Assembly: GCA_977862235.1 (NCBI GenBank)
Contig: OZ374562.1
Coordinates: 1,116,001 to 1,180,000, forward strand
Origin: Dudresnaya verticillata
Taxonomy: Eukaryota
Direction of reading: 5' to 3'
DNA length: 64,000 bases
The notes under the pieces are model-generated. The model worked only from the letters and a program-made list of their open reading frames with translations. It was not told the origin of the DNA and made no database searches. How positions within the stretch are numbered: the stretch's first letter is position 1; each line of letters starts with the position of its first letter. Positions 1-12,900 of this stretch are shown here, in pieces. The position numbers were made by a program, and so were the translations under genes.

Positions 1-3000
1 TATGGGCTCTCACACAGGTACTTCACGCAGCGTACACCAAAATTCGGAATATACTTCGACTTTTGGCAGTAGCACATGTACCCTGGTGTGGGAAGCCTGC
101 ATGCAGTTGAGCATTCCAGCAAGTCGTTGATATCGAGCTCACGAAGTCCACGAAGCGCTGGTGCTTCTTTTCTGATATCGGTGGCTCGTACCGGCTTGAC
201 GAGGCCTCCCTGAGCGTACTTCAAACGCCGTTGCGTTGCACTTTCCTTTATGCGGGAGCTTCCAGAAAGGTCGGGAGACTGCAACTTTCGGGAGCAACTG
301 TTCATGCAAGCACGAAAAGAAAGCCTGGCTGGAAGAGTGTTCGACTGCGCATGGCATGAAAGAAGGAGGGAAAGCAATAGGGTACCAGACAGAAAGGTTC
401 GAGAGTTCATTTCGAGGGCTTTGCTGAGTGAAGAGTGGGTGGGAAAGTTTGGGAATCCGATTGGTGTCTTATGCTTCTTGGGGCTCGTTGCTTGTTCCTA
501 TGAAAGAGCATTTAGATGATGGTTTTTATACCCGAACTACCTTACTGCTTTCGTCTGCCTGAGGCTGCAAGAGCAGTGTGAAGGTTGGGGTTCTGGCGGG
601 ATCATTTCGTGCCCGCCCTTCTGGAACAGTCAACAAACCCTATTGTCGTTTCTACAGGTAAGTAAACTGAATGAAAATAGATACATAGGTGTTTCTCAGG
701 TGTGTCGTGTGTTGTCGAGCTGTAGCTCTGATTCACATAGTGTAACACAATAGTTTCCTTTTCAAGGTTGATGATTCATCCGTTCAAATGCAGCTTTGTT
801 CTGTGGCAGGAACAAGTGTCCCGCTGCTCTTGCGGGTTCTCCAATGCTGACTTTTTGTGAACCAAAAAAGGACCTGAACGTGTCTAGGCACTCTGAGGAG
901 GCCACCGGACAGTTTGATCTCACAAAGGTGTGACTAAACGTGATTCTGTTCCAGATGCAGCACTGGCCAGGATTTCCAGAAGGGACAGAATACACCGCCA
1001 TATTGAGCATGTGCCAAGAACAATCAAGACAACCGACACGTGCGTGACGAAAATAGAACGAGGACTGGAGAAGAAGGGGAAAGGTGTGTATCCCGCGGAA
1101 GGTGTTGACAGGAGCAGCAATGCGCGCCTATCCATGCCTCAATACCTGCGTGCTGCAGAGTACTTGCCGAGCGCGGTTGTGAGGCGGGGAGGGAAGAGCA
1201 AGACGCGTGTGCAATATCCCGAGAGCATATCATCGCCCTACCCAATGAAATTCGGATGCTATTTTGAATAGCAATGTCAGGTGCAGCCGAAAATTCCGTC
1301 CAACGCCGGGATCCTCTTCTTAGTGAACTGAACACAGGGGGGAGAGCCTTCATATGTCTTGCTTCTCTCGGCTGTGGTTGACCGTGACGAACCAGCTTTG
1401 GCGCGACGCACAATTTCTATGCAATACCGCTCACTCTCCTATTCTGGCACAAAGCAGCTGATCCAGGCATTTTCCATTCTCTCACGAGCGGGCCGCCTTG
1501 ACGGACCCGTCGCCGTGAGCAGTTCAGTAGTATTACGTTTAGCCTTCGAGCCTCTTCGCAGCTGCAGCGTGGAAAGATTCCACCATAAACTGTGTTAAAC
1601 TTCCCGCCATTGTCCCGGCTTTTACTTGTGATGTCAGTAGAGGAGCCTTGAGACTGCACTTTTGTAGAATGTATATGTTTTCTTTTCGTCCCGCTTCTCG
1701 GACAGGCAAGCCTCAAATCTATGAAGGTCTCTGGGGCGACGCGGAATTTCCAGTCCACTCCACTATTTTTAGAGTATTTCGAAAACGTCTCAAGACGGAA
1801 CGTAAGAGTATTGCTTTGCATACTAAGCATGTTGCAACAATGTAATCCAAATGTTTATGAATCGGCTCATTACGGGTAACGGACACAACAAGAACAATGT
1901 ACCAAGGAACAACGCTTCCTGATCTTGTCTCAAGAAGTACATCAGGCTGCACACAGGCATAGTTCGATATGCAGTTGTTTTGAACGGAATAGAGGTGGAA
2001 TGACAATTGGAACCAAATCCGAGCCTACGAAGTAGAATTGTTATCTTTTGCTTAATAGCTTCAGTTACAAGAATCGTGAAAGACCCAAACAAAAGTTCGC
2101 GAACAATGGGAGCGACAAGAACACGTTCAAAGTTTTGAGATTACAGGGGAAGAAGAAGACGGCTAGCCTTTTTTAAGTTATGGCGGTTCACAGGAGGCAG
2201 GAACTCGAAAGTTCATGGATCTGAGAGGGTGCGTCTGGGTTCCGACGGCGATTGACAGACAAGGTCTGGTTTGTCCACATGCTTACCGAGAATTTTGCAA
2301 TTAGGCGCTGTGTGTCAGCTCTTGAGCTCCTCTACCTAGTAGCATGTGAGCCCAGTTGGCGAGCCATCTGCATGCCCCAAGTCTCAAAGCACCGTAAGCA
2401 CGAAGAATAGGAGCACAATATCCATGTAGGGTCCTCACTTTCAGTGAAAGCAGCGGCGCAAGTTTTTTTGATCTTCTCCGCGATTTCTGTTGGTGCCCCT
2501 GTTGCCTCATCTGTTGTTATATTGTACTTGGTGGAGAAGAGGCCGCTGTTATAGGAACGCATGCCCGTGTCTGCCCGTGGAAATCGAGCAATCTCCTGGT
2601 TAGGAACGAGAGCATGTCCATCCAGCTTGTGCTTTTGTATCGCGGGGGTATTATTCAAGATCAAATCACCATGAAACAAAACGGTTTCCATAAATATAAC
2701 GCCACATGACAGAGAGAGGCAGCAGAGACAGAATCTAACTGGGACATGGGCAATTACTCATTTTGGCCATATGTTTTGTGGGGTTTGTTTGTACGTAGAG
2801 TGACGCTCAAAACTCTCTCTCTCCTCTTTTATGCCGCTCGATGCGCCGTTAATGAAACTGTACCGTGATTGATTGGCATCGTGTCCCAGTCGTGTTTTTC
2901 TACATTACAAACGATGTTTTTCTAGTGGGTTTATTAATATCTCTGTTCCTTCCAACCATGTACCGATCAAGGGCATTGAACAATTGCGGAGTGCTTGTAG

Positions 3001-4619
3001 CGAAGCTCTTACCATGTGATTTGTAGATAAGCTCTTACCATGCGAAGTCTCTCAAATATCTGCACCCCTTTTAGCAGGGATTGGTCCAATTGGCCCACTT
3101 AGTGTCCGTTTTCAATGCTCTAGTGGGAAGTGATTGGTTAGTGCTGAAGCTCTTCTCCTCTGAGCTTTATCGCACTCGCCGGCCAGCCGGCCATATTTAT
3201 TGAGTTGTATGGCACGGAATAAGCTAGAAGATTGTAATGGGCAACTAAAAGGAAAGTTGTCTTCACCCATACTTTCCTCAGAATGTCTTCGACTAGAGTG
3301 TCATAAGGCCAAGATGATAATCCTGTATGTTGACGGCAGAGAAAACAACTTCTGTTCGACATTAAACTGTTGCAATACGTTTCTGGACAGTTTCTGCACA
3401 TGGAAGAGCCTGCTGATGCGAACAAGCTCCTGTGAGACTATTTGTTGTCACAACCGGCCGTAGCCGTCTCGAATGACAGAACCCAAAATAGTATCAAACG
3501 TAAGAGGAGCAGGCTACATATGCAGGAGTCAGCGAAGTATCGATCTTTTTGAGAATAAAAGCGGCAAACTAGTTCCTTTCGAGACAGTCCTATTAATACT
3601 TCTGCCTCTCCAATTTCCTATAAAGAACAAGAGCTTTTGGTAATCGGATGGCACATGCTGCTACAGCCAAAATGCCGAACACGAACCCAGTTCGAGTGTG
3701 AATCAAGACTTGAACTCGTTAAGTCTCCGGACGGTCTCGTTTATTCTTGATCCGGCATTGTCAGCTACTTGGTAACGTAAATGCGTTGCATGCCTTCCAT
3801 TCTTTTGCATAGTTAGATATTGGATTTTAGAGTCTCTCGTTTCCCTCTCGATTGATGTTGTGTCACACGATACCTCTTTAAAACCATTCATTTCAGCACG
3901 ACCTCTTATGCCTGCACGTTGTCAGAAGAGAATGGTTCGAGTCACTTGCCACATGGCACATGGTGCAGCCAAGGTGAAGGTACACTTTCATCAGCTGCTT
4001 TCGTATTGGGTCTGGCGTTTTGACCCCACATGATCTTACAGGCAGGCATCAGTGCTGTCTGGTGCTCGCAATGCACCACACATAAATCCTTCTTGCCGGC
4101 CATGAACAAACACGTTTGTGAGCAGCGAAGTGCATCCATGGCCTGGTCGTCAAGGCGCTACTCATTCATAATGGCTGCAATGACGTGCCTCATACAATAC
4201 CTTTGTTTGCTGATCCCCCGGCAGCAACCAAACCAAAAATCCCTTCTGATTAAGTTCTCGAGACTCGCGGAGCTGTCTAGGTCTTACAGTGGATTTCTGC
4301 CGTCTGTCCATTGCATGAGCCTCCCTTCGTTGTGGCTCTATAGCTTGTGGTCTGCAAACTGGACATGTTACTGTTGCCACCTCTATCGATTTTTCATATT
4401 TCTACTCAAGAGTTCTTCGCCATGGGCAAGCAGGCCTTGAATCGTGCAAGGCGGCACAGTATAGTACTCCTTGGGGCACTGAAAGGTTGTTTATCCCGTT
4501 GCGGTGCAGCCTTGTCTGAACTCCGTGATAGTTTTCGAGAAGATGCTTTTTTGGACACTTGCTTCCATGCAGTAAAATTTCCGAGTCTCTCTTAGTACTC
4601 TCAATGTAAAAAAAAGGCT

Positions 4620-5350
4620 AATCACGCTATGACCCAGTAAGTAGGCAGCCTAAAATGCGTCAGAAAAAAGTCCAGAGATTGATAGACAGAGATCCAGGTT
4701 TTTGCACATCGCACTTCTGCACTGCCAGAAAGGCATTTTCTTCTTCGATGGACTTTTGGTTGATTGGCGAGTGAAGGTGGGTTTTCAGCTCCTCGATGAA
4801 GGAACTGAAGCGACTCACAACCACAACACAACAATAGTCCCTCGAGACACGGTAAATCAGTCAGTTGAACAACTGCAACTCATACTGCGTTGCGAAGGAT
4901 GTCAAGCTGATTGGCAACGTTAAAAGTATCATGTCCTCGACTCAGCGTCATTGTGACGGAGCCAAAATGAACTCCACAGGAAGAGGCAAGCAAGCGGTGG
5001 GATTGCTGTTCTACCCCTCACGCACAATTTGATTCACCATGGTAGGAATCCCCAGAAAGAACTTAATTGCTAGTGCAGCTCTAAAGACGCACACATTTTT
5101 GGGTTCCACGATGACTCTTAGCTTCCGTTGCACCATTGGAGGTACCAGGCCTGACATCTGGGTACGGTCTTCTTGTTTGCGCCAACAATGGAATCATCAT
5201 ATGTATATATTTGAAGCAATACCGTGAAGGAGATGATACGTTCAACTGCGTCTTTCTGAAAGTTATATTTCTCGTTGAATGCAGGAAATTGCTACACACA
5301 AGAATGCTAGTCTTCGGTAATGCTTGCTCCACTGCAGAAAAGCGCCCATC
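4620..5350 (-). pseudogene. Possible Mutator-like (MULE) transposase relic
   Basis: The minus strand reads DGRFSAVEQALPKTSILVCSNFLHSTRNI, resembling the MULE D...A+...+P.....C..H..RN motif. It is followed by GTSNGATEAKSH, resembling TNNxxExxH. Heavily decayed; no TIRs found. Confidence 0.3.
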
Positions 5351-5399
5351 TTTCGTACAATCTCGTTATGCAGAACGAGTATGCAACATTACCACTCAC

Positions 5400-7300
5400 G
5401 ATGGATGATATTTGCTAACCTAAAGTCACTACCAGTCTTCTCTAGACCTTTCGATGGAAACAATGATATCTCTATTCCGCGAAAACCACAGGGGTTCGTG
5501 CAACAACAGCGTCTCTATTCTACATTCAATGAAGCGAATGGTTCAAGCGCAGCATTATGTGGTTTATGATCCTATTGCATTGCTAGTAAAGAAGATTCCG
5601 AATTCTCGTGCTTATGGATTTCCACATATTGGAAACGGATGGAGAACAGACATCGGTTGGAAACTGATGAAACGTCTGCATCAGTCTACTCTCATGGTGT
5701 TATTCAGAGTCTTGAAAATATTGTTGCTCTGGAACCGGAAGATGAAAAGGGATGCAGAGAAATGCGTGACAGAACTGTGAACGATTGCTGAGGTGTTGTG
5801 TTGGTATGAGAAAGGCAGTTCGATATCAAGGTCTGGGTCGTTTTGAGGACCCCGTTCCTGTTCTCTCTGTCTTTCAAAAATAGCGTGTCTGGGAACAGAC
5901 GGCAAAACCGTGTTGTCTGCTACAGTCGAAGATGACTTCCCTTGCAAAGCACTTTGTAGATACTTTCTAAACTCGCTTTATGACCAGAACATCGGAATGT
6001 TGGAGGTGTTTTAATGTGAGACCCCAACGGAGTTTATTCAGTTTTACTCTTAAGGTACCTACACGTCTCTAGGGGAATATGGGTCTGCTCTACATCGTGA
6101 TGAAATATGGTGGCTATTCAAGATATGTACGTGAGGCTTTTTTGGGTAGCACTGGGTGGTGCTTCACAATAAGAAAGTGCTGCCCACACGTCGAAATGCT
6201 ATTGCGCAGAAACACATTGAGAAGACGTTAATTCGAAAATATGTTCAGCAACTGGGCGTTGCTGTTTATAGAGTCAGTGCTGAGAAAAAAAGGTGCCAGA
6301 TAGAGTTTGTTGGATCGAGAGTTCCCAATACGAAGTCTTATGTATCATAATATCATGAACTAACTGGTTTGGGTTCGGAATCCAAATCACGGAGTTTCGC
6401 ATATTTTTAGGATGGAGAGTGCAAGGGTTGCGAAAAGCAAGAGACGTCTCAAGTTTTGTATCGTCTCCCTGTCGTGCAATGACTATGAAGCAATGATATT
6501 AAGCTGCGATATTTGATTGAAAGAGATATGGGCGCGAGATCAATAGTTGTAGGAGGTACACATAACAGATGCTCAGCGTACCAGTAGAGAGGAGTCCTCC
6601 GAACCAGCTGGTCGGCCGGGATTCCTCCCGACGTATTTCGATGTTGGAATGAAAGCCTTCCGAAAATAGAAGAAGCTCTTGAAGCGTTCTAGTAGGAGCA
6701 GTGTACAGCAGCAGTTGGCAGTTTCGAGGTGGAGCAGTTCTAATTGGATTTACGAACAGTGAAATCGAACAATTCGACAGCAATAAACCGGACGACCAGT
6801 GCTTTCTTGATCCAGATATTGCACGTCATAGCAGGTATGCGAAGGAAAATGCGATACTTTAAAAGAGGACTGGGCCATGAGAAGTGGGCGAGAGGGCCCA
6901 ACTTCTCTGCATCGGATTCCGAGTGGAGCAATACTGATGGGGGTCATGGCGCCAGACAGGATAATCAGTGGTAGAGTCCCAGCCTCCCAGTCTGGGCGTT
7001 TCATATACATGCTCTCGAACACAACTGGAGCGTGTACTTGAAAAAGGGCAGGGTAGAAGGGGCGCAGACAGTGATTTGAGTATGGAATGGAGGTTCGATA
7101 ATTGGTATCCAGTAAGCAGTTTTCATAGTTTTATCGAAGTAATCGGACAAGATGGCTTTGAATAACGATACGGGGTACAGGATGGGGAGAGTGCATTTGG
7201 AAGAGAAAGAAATGTCAGAATATTTCTTAGGGCACTCGACATGCCTCTGCAATCCCGAAGAGTCGTCGATGTGGCGAGGTGACAGAGTTTTCGAGGTAAT
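5400..7300 (+). pseudogene. Highly decayed coding-like relic, possibly a Plavaka/CACTA-related transposase
   Basis: A chain of short stop-interrupted ORFs (VVYDPIALLVKKI; VLCWYEKGSS; AGMRRKMRYFKRG; SSFHSFIEVIGQDG) with only weak resemblance to such transposases. Confidence 0.2.
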
Positions 7301-8373
7301 ATGGAGGTAGTGGCTGAATTGATGCGGAGAAGAAGTTGAGTAGGAGATGCTACAAGGAGTGCAACGATCCAGCTCTCGTACGAACTGTAAACTACTACGC
7401 AGAGAGCCTCATTGTCCAGCAAAGGCTTGCTTCTAGAATATGTCATTAAAGACATCAGTTTGTTCTTCAATAGAGATTTAAAAGAGCCTGTGTTTCGCAA
7501 TAGAACTATACTCTAATGTTCTTACAAATATGTAGTCCAGTGTTCTCGAAGGCAGCCGGGTATCTTGGTGCGAACCTTGGCTGCTGTCTTCGTCTCGCAA
7601 CATGCTCAGAACTTGTGGCTTTGAGTCAAAACGCGATTACAATTGTATTCTCGAACAAGGCACATGAACAGCATCACATGAGGATGTGGCACAGTTTGTC
7701 GGGTCGCTGATATCAGGTGCCGGCCGCGCAGGTTTGTTCACGATAGATCCGTGTCCAGAGAGTGGCCTGGGCTGTATATTCTATCGACACGTTGAGATGA
7801 GCCGCACAAGCGGATGCGGCCCGCGACAAGATCCGTCCATCAGGGCACGAGAGAATAGCGGCAGTCTCGCGCAACTTGACAGTTTTCAAGCGGCTCTTGC
7901 ACAGGGTTGCAAGGCAGCCTGACTAACAACAAAACCAGCACTCGGATTGCATCAAAGGTCTCTCGGTAGCCGACCTTCCGGTACGGGAGGATACGTTCTA
8001 GCACATAGCCCAATCAGCATGCGCAATGCGGGCATCTTGCCGTCCCAAGGGTGCTACTTCGATCCGGTCGGATGCCGGTTGCCACTTCAAATGCCCGAGA
8101 AAGGGGCGTCCGTCCCTATCGTGCCGCATACTCTTCACGGCGCGCGAGCACAAGGCTCTCGCGTCAGTCTCCACGCGTGCCCTTCGCCCCCACACCCGCC
8201 CAAACTCCCGGATCCAGCCTCCATCTCTCCGATACGCGTACCGTCCGAGGTGGACTATAGGCCATTTGATCTTCGCCCACCCAGCTGCTGCGACACCCTC
8301 CCCTCCCCCATCCGACAGACTCGCACCGAGCGACGATGCTGTCTTCGTCACCACAACGCAGCCCCACTTCGGC

Positions 8374-9498
8374 ATGTTCTCCGTAACAGTCTCTCTTCCT
8401 TCCGAGCTCGTCAACCTGCTAAACTTCCTCCTCCTAGACATCCTGCTGCTCTCCTACATCATGCACACATCGGGCAAGCTCGCCGGCCATGCCAACCACG
8501 TCCTTCTACGCCGTCACTCCAGCCTCACCCTGGCCAACTTCGACATTCCACTCATCGGCGGCGGTATCGTCATGCCGCGTGGCTGGCGTCGTACTACCCT
8601 CATCCTGCTTCGCCTCTCGGTTGTCTTCGCAGTCGCCACCTGCAACTTTGGCTTAGAAGGACGCTCACGGTCACACACCACGGCAGCACGTGTGCATGCG
8701 CGTGAGCCCGGGGGAGAAGTTCAGCCTCAGATGCTGTTCCAAGCCACGGAGCTGCGCATGCGGTGCGCGGACGCTACGAGCAACGCGCAGCTGCTTCGCT
8801 TCGGCGCCGTGCTGGACGAGCGTTGCTACACAGACAGGGTGGACCTGGTGTTCGTGACGACGCTGGGGTTGCAGTATGTCGCGCTGCGAAACGTCTCCGC
8901 GACGGACTGCGTGCCCACGCAGCGCTGCGACTCATTCTCCACAGCGTACCGGTGCGCGCAGGCAGATCTGGTGTGCCACGGGGTCTCGCCCGGGGCGTGC
9001 GGGGGGAATGTGGACGCGGTGGTGAACGCGTCGTGCACGGCGGTGTTTTACGACGGCGGGGCGAATGATATCGGGGCATGGCTGTGCCCCACGGGGTGGG
9101 CTTTCCCCGGTTTGAAGAAGACGCGGGCGGTGTGTAGAAGAGTTGGGGTGAAGCGGGAGGATGTGAAGGAGTGGGTGTCGTATTTCCCGCGGCTGACAGA
9201 TGAGCCTTTGCGGGCATTGTTTGCCGCTGCGTATGGAAAAGCTGTTGTGCGGGTGGTGGAGTTGCCGACGGGACAGAGCAACTTGACGGTGGTTAGCTTG
9301 TGGTGGGTGTTGCCGATGGCGTGGGTGAGTATGGTGGCAGTGGGCGTTAGCGTGTGGAGGGGGGTGCATTGGGTCAAGGGGAGCCGCAGCGTGGTGCACG
9401 ATGAGCGCGGACTGACAAGGCTGCTAGACGCGCGGCTCGGACGTAAGGGGGAGGTTGATGAGAACGACTCGGGGCTTACATCGATCTCGTTCCACTAG
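8374..9498 (+). CDS. Intronless hypothetical membrane protein, 374 aa, with about 3 hydrophobic segments and a Cys-rich loop
   Basis: Long uninterrupted ORF (open from 8026; ATG 8374 preferred, after a C-rich leader). Strong C-rich 5' to G-rich 3' skew and GC-rich codons. Hydrophobic stretches LVNLLNFLLLDILLLSYIM, TLILLRLSVVFAVATCNFGL and VVSLWWVLPMAWVSMVAVGVSVW, with many Cys between the last two. Confidence 0.8.
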   Translation: MFSVTVSLPSELVNLLNFLLLDILLLSYIMHTSGKLAGHANHVLLRRHSSLTLANFDIPLIGGGIVMPRGWRRTTLILLRLSVVFAVATCNFGLEGRSRSHTTAARVHAREPGGEVQPQMLFQATELRMRCADATSNAQLLRFGAVLDERCYTDRVDLVFVTTLGLQYVALRNVSATDCVPTQRCDSFSTAYRCAQADLVCHGVSPGACGGNVDAVVNASCTAVFYDGGANDIGAWLCPTGWAFPGLKKTRAVCRRVGVKREDVKEWVSYFPRLTDEPLRALFAAAYGKAVVRVVELPTGQSNLTVVSLWWVLPMAWVSMVAVGVSVWRGVHWVKGSRSVVHDERGLTRLLDARLGRKGEVDENDSGLTSISFH

Positions 9499-9902
9499 CT
9501 TGGCGGGGACTGGGACTACGGCAGTTTGGAGGCGGGGACGGGGCTCGTGCGCGATGGAAAGTATAGTATGACAGACAAATCAGACTTGGGTTCGTTAAAA
9601 CTCCGTTGCACGAGCACGCAGTGTCCAACACAGGTGTCCGATACGAACAACAACTTTTGACTCTCTCAAGCTCGTCAGGTCGCTTCACTCCCTTCTTCCG
9701 CCTCGCGTGAGACCGTACCATACCCGATACTGCTACTCTGCCGACGAGAGCCGGCCCAGCACGACGGACGACGCGAGCCACCCGGCGCAACCAAGCCGCC
9801 ATGACGAGACAAGCACAGCACAGCGTGTTCTGGAACCAATGCCCCGCATCGCGCACTGCAGTCGTCAGGCACGGCCCTCGCTGCTCTTGAGACGCTCACT
9901 CA

Positions 9903-9904
<2 letters not shown>

Positions 9905-9952
<48 letters not shown>

Positions 9953-9972
9953 CTCTCTCTCTCTCTCTCTCT
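9905..9972. repeat. Compound (CA)n(CT)n microsatellite
   Basis: CA run 9905-9948 directly followed by a CT run to 9972. Confidence 0.97.
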
Positions 9973-12199
9973 GCGTAAGCCGAGCGAGCGGGGCTGCTCG
10001 CAAGCTGAGCAGATCGCGAGCACAGCCCCGGCCTGCGCTGCAACACGCACGGCCTCGCGCGGCACGTTGCGCACGCGAGCAGCGCCGCGGTGCGCGGTCG
10101 TGCAGCGCGCGGCGGCGGCGCATGCGCTCACTCGCACTCGCGACGGGACGCCGGGCGCGAGGCATGCTGACGCGGGATCGGCGGCACTCGCGCGGCGTCG
10201 ATGGCGCGCGCTCCACGCGGGCTGCGAGCGCGCGTGTCGTGACGAAGAGGTGCGGGTGCGGAATTTGAAACGAATTCTGTGATCGTGCCCCAGGTCGCGC
10301 TGCCATTGGGCGGCTTGCTGGAGTCGTGGCCCGGTGAGACGGGCGTTGTTTGAGGGCGACTGCAAATTCATGAGAGTCTCATTCTTCTTTTGGTAAATTG
10401 ACATGTGTACCTCCTTCGTCTATGCTTTCAACCACGCGAAGCGCTGTACGGTAGACACCGAGACGCGGCAGGAGCTTGAACAGAGTAGAGCATCTGCGTC
10501 ATCCTGCATCAGCCTCTATCTTTCCATCCGCGCCGTGCTCTCTCTGCAGCCTCGTCCTGCACCTCTTGCCAGCCTGTTCCCTCCTTCCCCACCTCTAAAG
10601 GCTCAATGAATACACATGACAGGAGCATAACCACTATGCTTGCGTCGCTAGATGAATTGTCCCCCATAGGGATCCAATCCTACACGCTACAACAATTCCC
10701 CCTCCAATTGCTTTCTCTCGTATCAGCACAAGAGTGTGCGATTAGTAGATCAATGCGTTTGCTTGTCGTGTACCGAGCGAAAAAATGAAACCAACGCCTC
10801 CAAATTGTGTAGGCATCTACCGATTTCAAACTGTTCTTTTCGTCTGAAAACTTGCCTCGTTAGCACAATGGAAGAGAAGAACCTTTATGCAAGACTGCGG
10901 ACTAACCCATTACGAGGGCTTAATCACGAGGGTGTAATACAGAAGAAGCACAATAATGTGACCAATTCTCTTCTAGCTGTCATCTAATGCTGTTGTTGAG
11001 CGAGCCCCCACTGCAAATTTTGCTGCAGCTCCGTGGCAGCCGTCTTACAGCATTGTGTTGCGGTTGATCCCTGGTGAGTGACATATGGAGGTCACTTGTG
11101 TATGTGCGCGAGAACCACTACTCATACGCATTCCTATTGAGGTCAAAGCTCTGCAACTCGGATTACGTACAACGCAACTTGCTGTTGCATGAATTCCACC
11201 AATCTCCAGGACACAGTCGACATGCCAGCAGCATGAACTCCCCCAATACTGCACCAGTTTGAACCATTGTGTTCAGTGCTCTCAACGCAGCATTGCATCA
11301 AACAAAGGCAGTGATTCACTACACAGATTCATGCAATGCCGGCCCAACACACGTAAAAGTGGGGTTTACCAGTATTCGACTGTCAGATTGTTGATGTAAC
11401 TTGCTGTTGGTGAAGCAAGTCCGTAGCTCGTAAGTCCCGCAAAAGGGAACTCATCACGCATTTCTGCCCTACCCATCACCAGCCGTCTGTAACATACTGT
11501 AGTGTGATGCTTCTTGCAATACGCTTCACATAGATTATACCCGTTTTAAAGGCCCATTCTTAACTTCAATGAACAGCAGTTTGGACATCCAGTCTACGAA
11601 CGACTGTAGTTTGTTCAGCGAACTCCAACACGTGAAGTTGCTTGTGAGCCACTTACTAGGAATTCCAACCTGCAATGAAGCTTTCTTGAGCCTTCTGTTA
11701 CACTGCAATAATATTGGAGGAACAGGCCCCAGAGCAAGTATGAACGAAGTACTATCCCGACCACGCATCAATGCATCCATTGCAAAATCTCATCCATTTG
11801 ACAGCGCGGCGAAAATTCGTGAGACGGCGATACCGCATGCAACGAACGAGTGAGTTGCCTTCGAGCAAGGACAGTTCCTTTGATTTCGAGGTAGCTATCT
11901 TTCCGTACGATACAAGTTATATACGATAATTATGGGGCACGACATATCCACACGAGTTATTCCATACGGTGACGGACAGATTTATTGCAACAGGAGTTGG
12001 AACTACTGCCATACTGCATTAGAAGGACACAACGAAACCCTTGGAATATACGATGACCTTGATAACTGTACCTATCAGTCGGTTAGCCCCACAGCTCAAA
12101 GTCGTACATTTATCAACTTTGATAAGCAGAAAAGGGAGGGGTTCTAATTGACAAAGTATTTATTTCACAGTTGATAATCGTGAGCATGCGTCTTCGCCG

Positions 12200-12900
12200 G
12201 ACAGTTGGTCGGGTTGGGTAATAACACGAAACCAATGCCGCTGCAGTCACTACCCGAGACTAGACTAACCTCAGTCTACGAGTATAATGGATTTGTCGCC
12301 GGTTGACACCATTCTTAGCAATTTTAAACTTTGTCGATTGAATTGTCCTTGAACAGACTGAAGGCTGACCACTATAACTGTTCATACGTACGAGCTGCCT
12401 GCTCAACGATCCGGATTTCTCGGAATGAATTCTGTTTCGGCACAAAATACTCGAAACATTACCAATTCTTGGTCATGCAGCCCGTTATGGAGAAGGAATA
12501 GAGACCTTCGTTTCAAACTACGGATCGACCCTGGGTATTTCGGACTGGTCCTTTCCCCGCTATGCGTACAATTCTATCTCTTGGATGAATCGCCATTGTG
12601 AGGGTCATACCTCTCTACGAGTTCGAAACGAGATTACCAAACACCCCCTTCTTTTGAAGATCTTCCAAAAGGAGCTGTGGTTCGGGAACGACGGTGGCGT
12701 TTGATGATGTTACAAGAGCTATTTAATATATTGCATCGTCTTCAAAAATGCTACAGCAGCTACACATCTGACATACGCCCCCAGCATGGAGGTACAAAAT
12801 CTTTGGCACATATGCCTTCGAGGGAACTAGCTGATCCTCGAGGGGCGAATAATCTGGACCGCTAGCCAATTCTGCCGAAGTCGGATTTCTTCATCATGCT
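12200..12900 (-). pseudogene. Possible very old Gypsy-type RT/RNase H relic
   Basis: Minus-strand fragments DLQKKGVFGNL (cf. DLxxGxxQ), RIAGKGPVRN (cf. RMPFGLxN) and SDCSGIGFVLL (cf. DASxxGxGxVL) occur in the expected order. Confidence 0.3.

Noticed and set aside
7947..9399. Alternative-frame and antisense ORFs over the membrane protein gene
   Set aside because: Shadow ORFs caused by GC-rich codon usage.
9476..10404. Overlapping 126-191 aa ORFs around the microsatellite
   Set aside because: They arise from GC-rich, stop-poor sequence and dinucleotide repeats (THTH, RERE, CVCV); there are no protein motifs.
10400..12100. Short ORF fragments that might be a metabolic pseudogene
   Set aside because: No motif could be assigned with any confidence.
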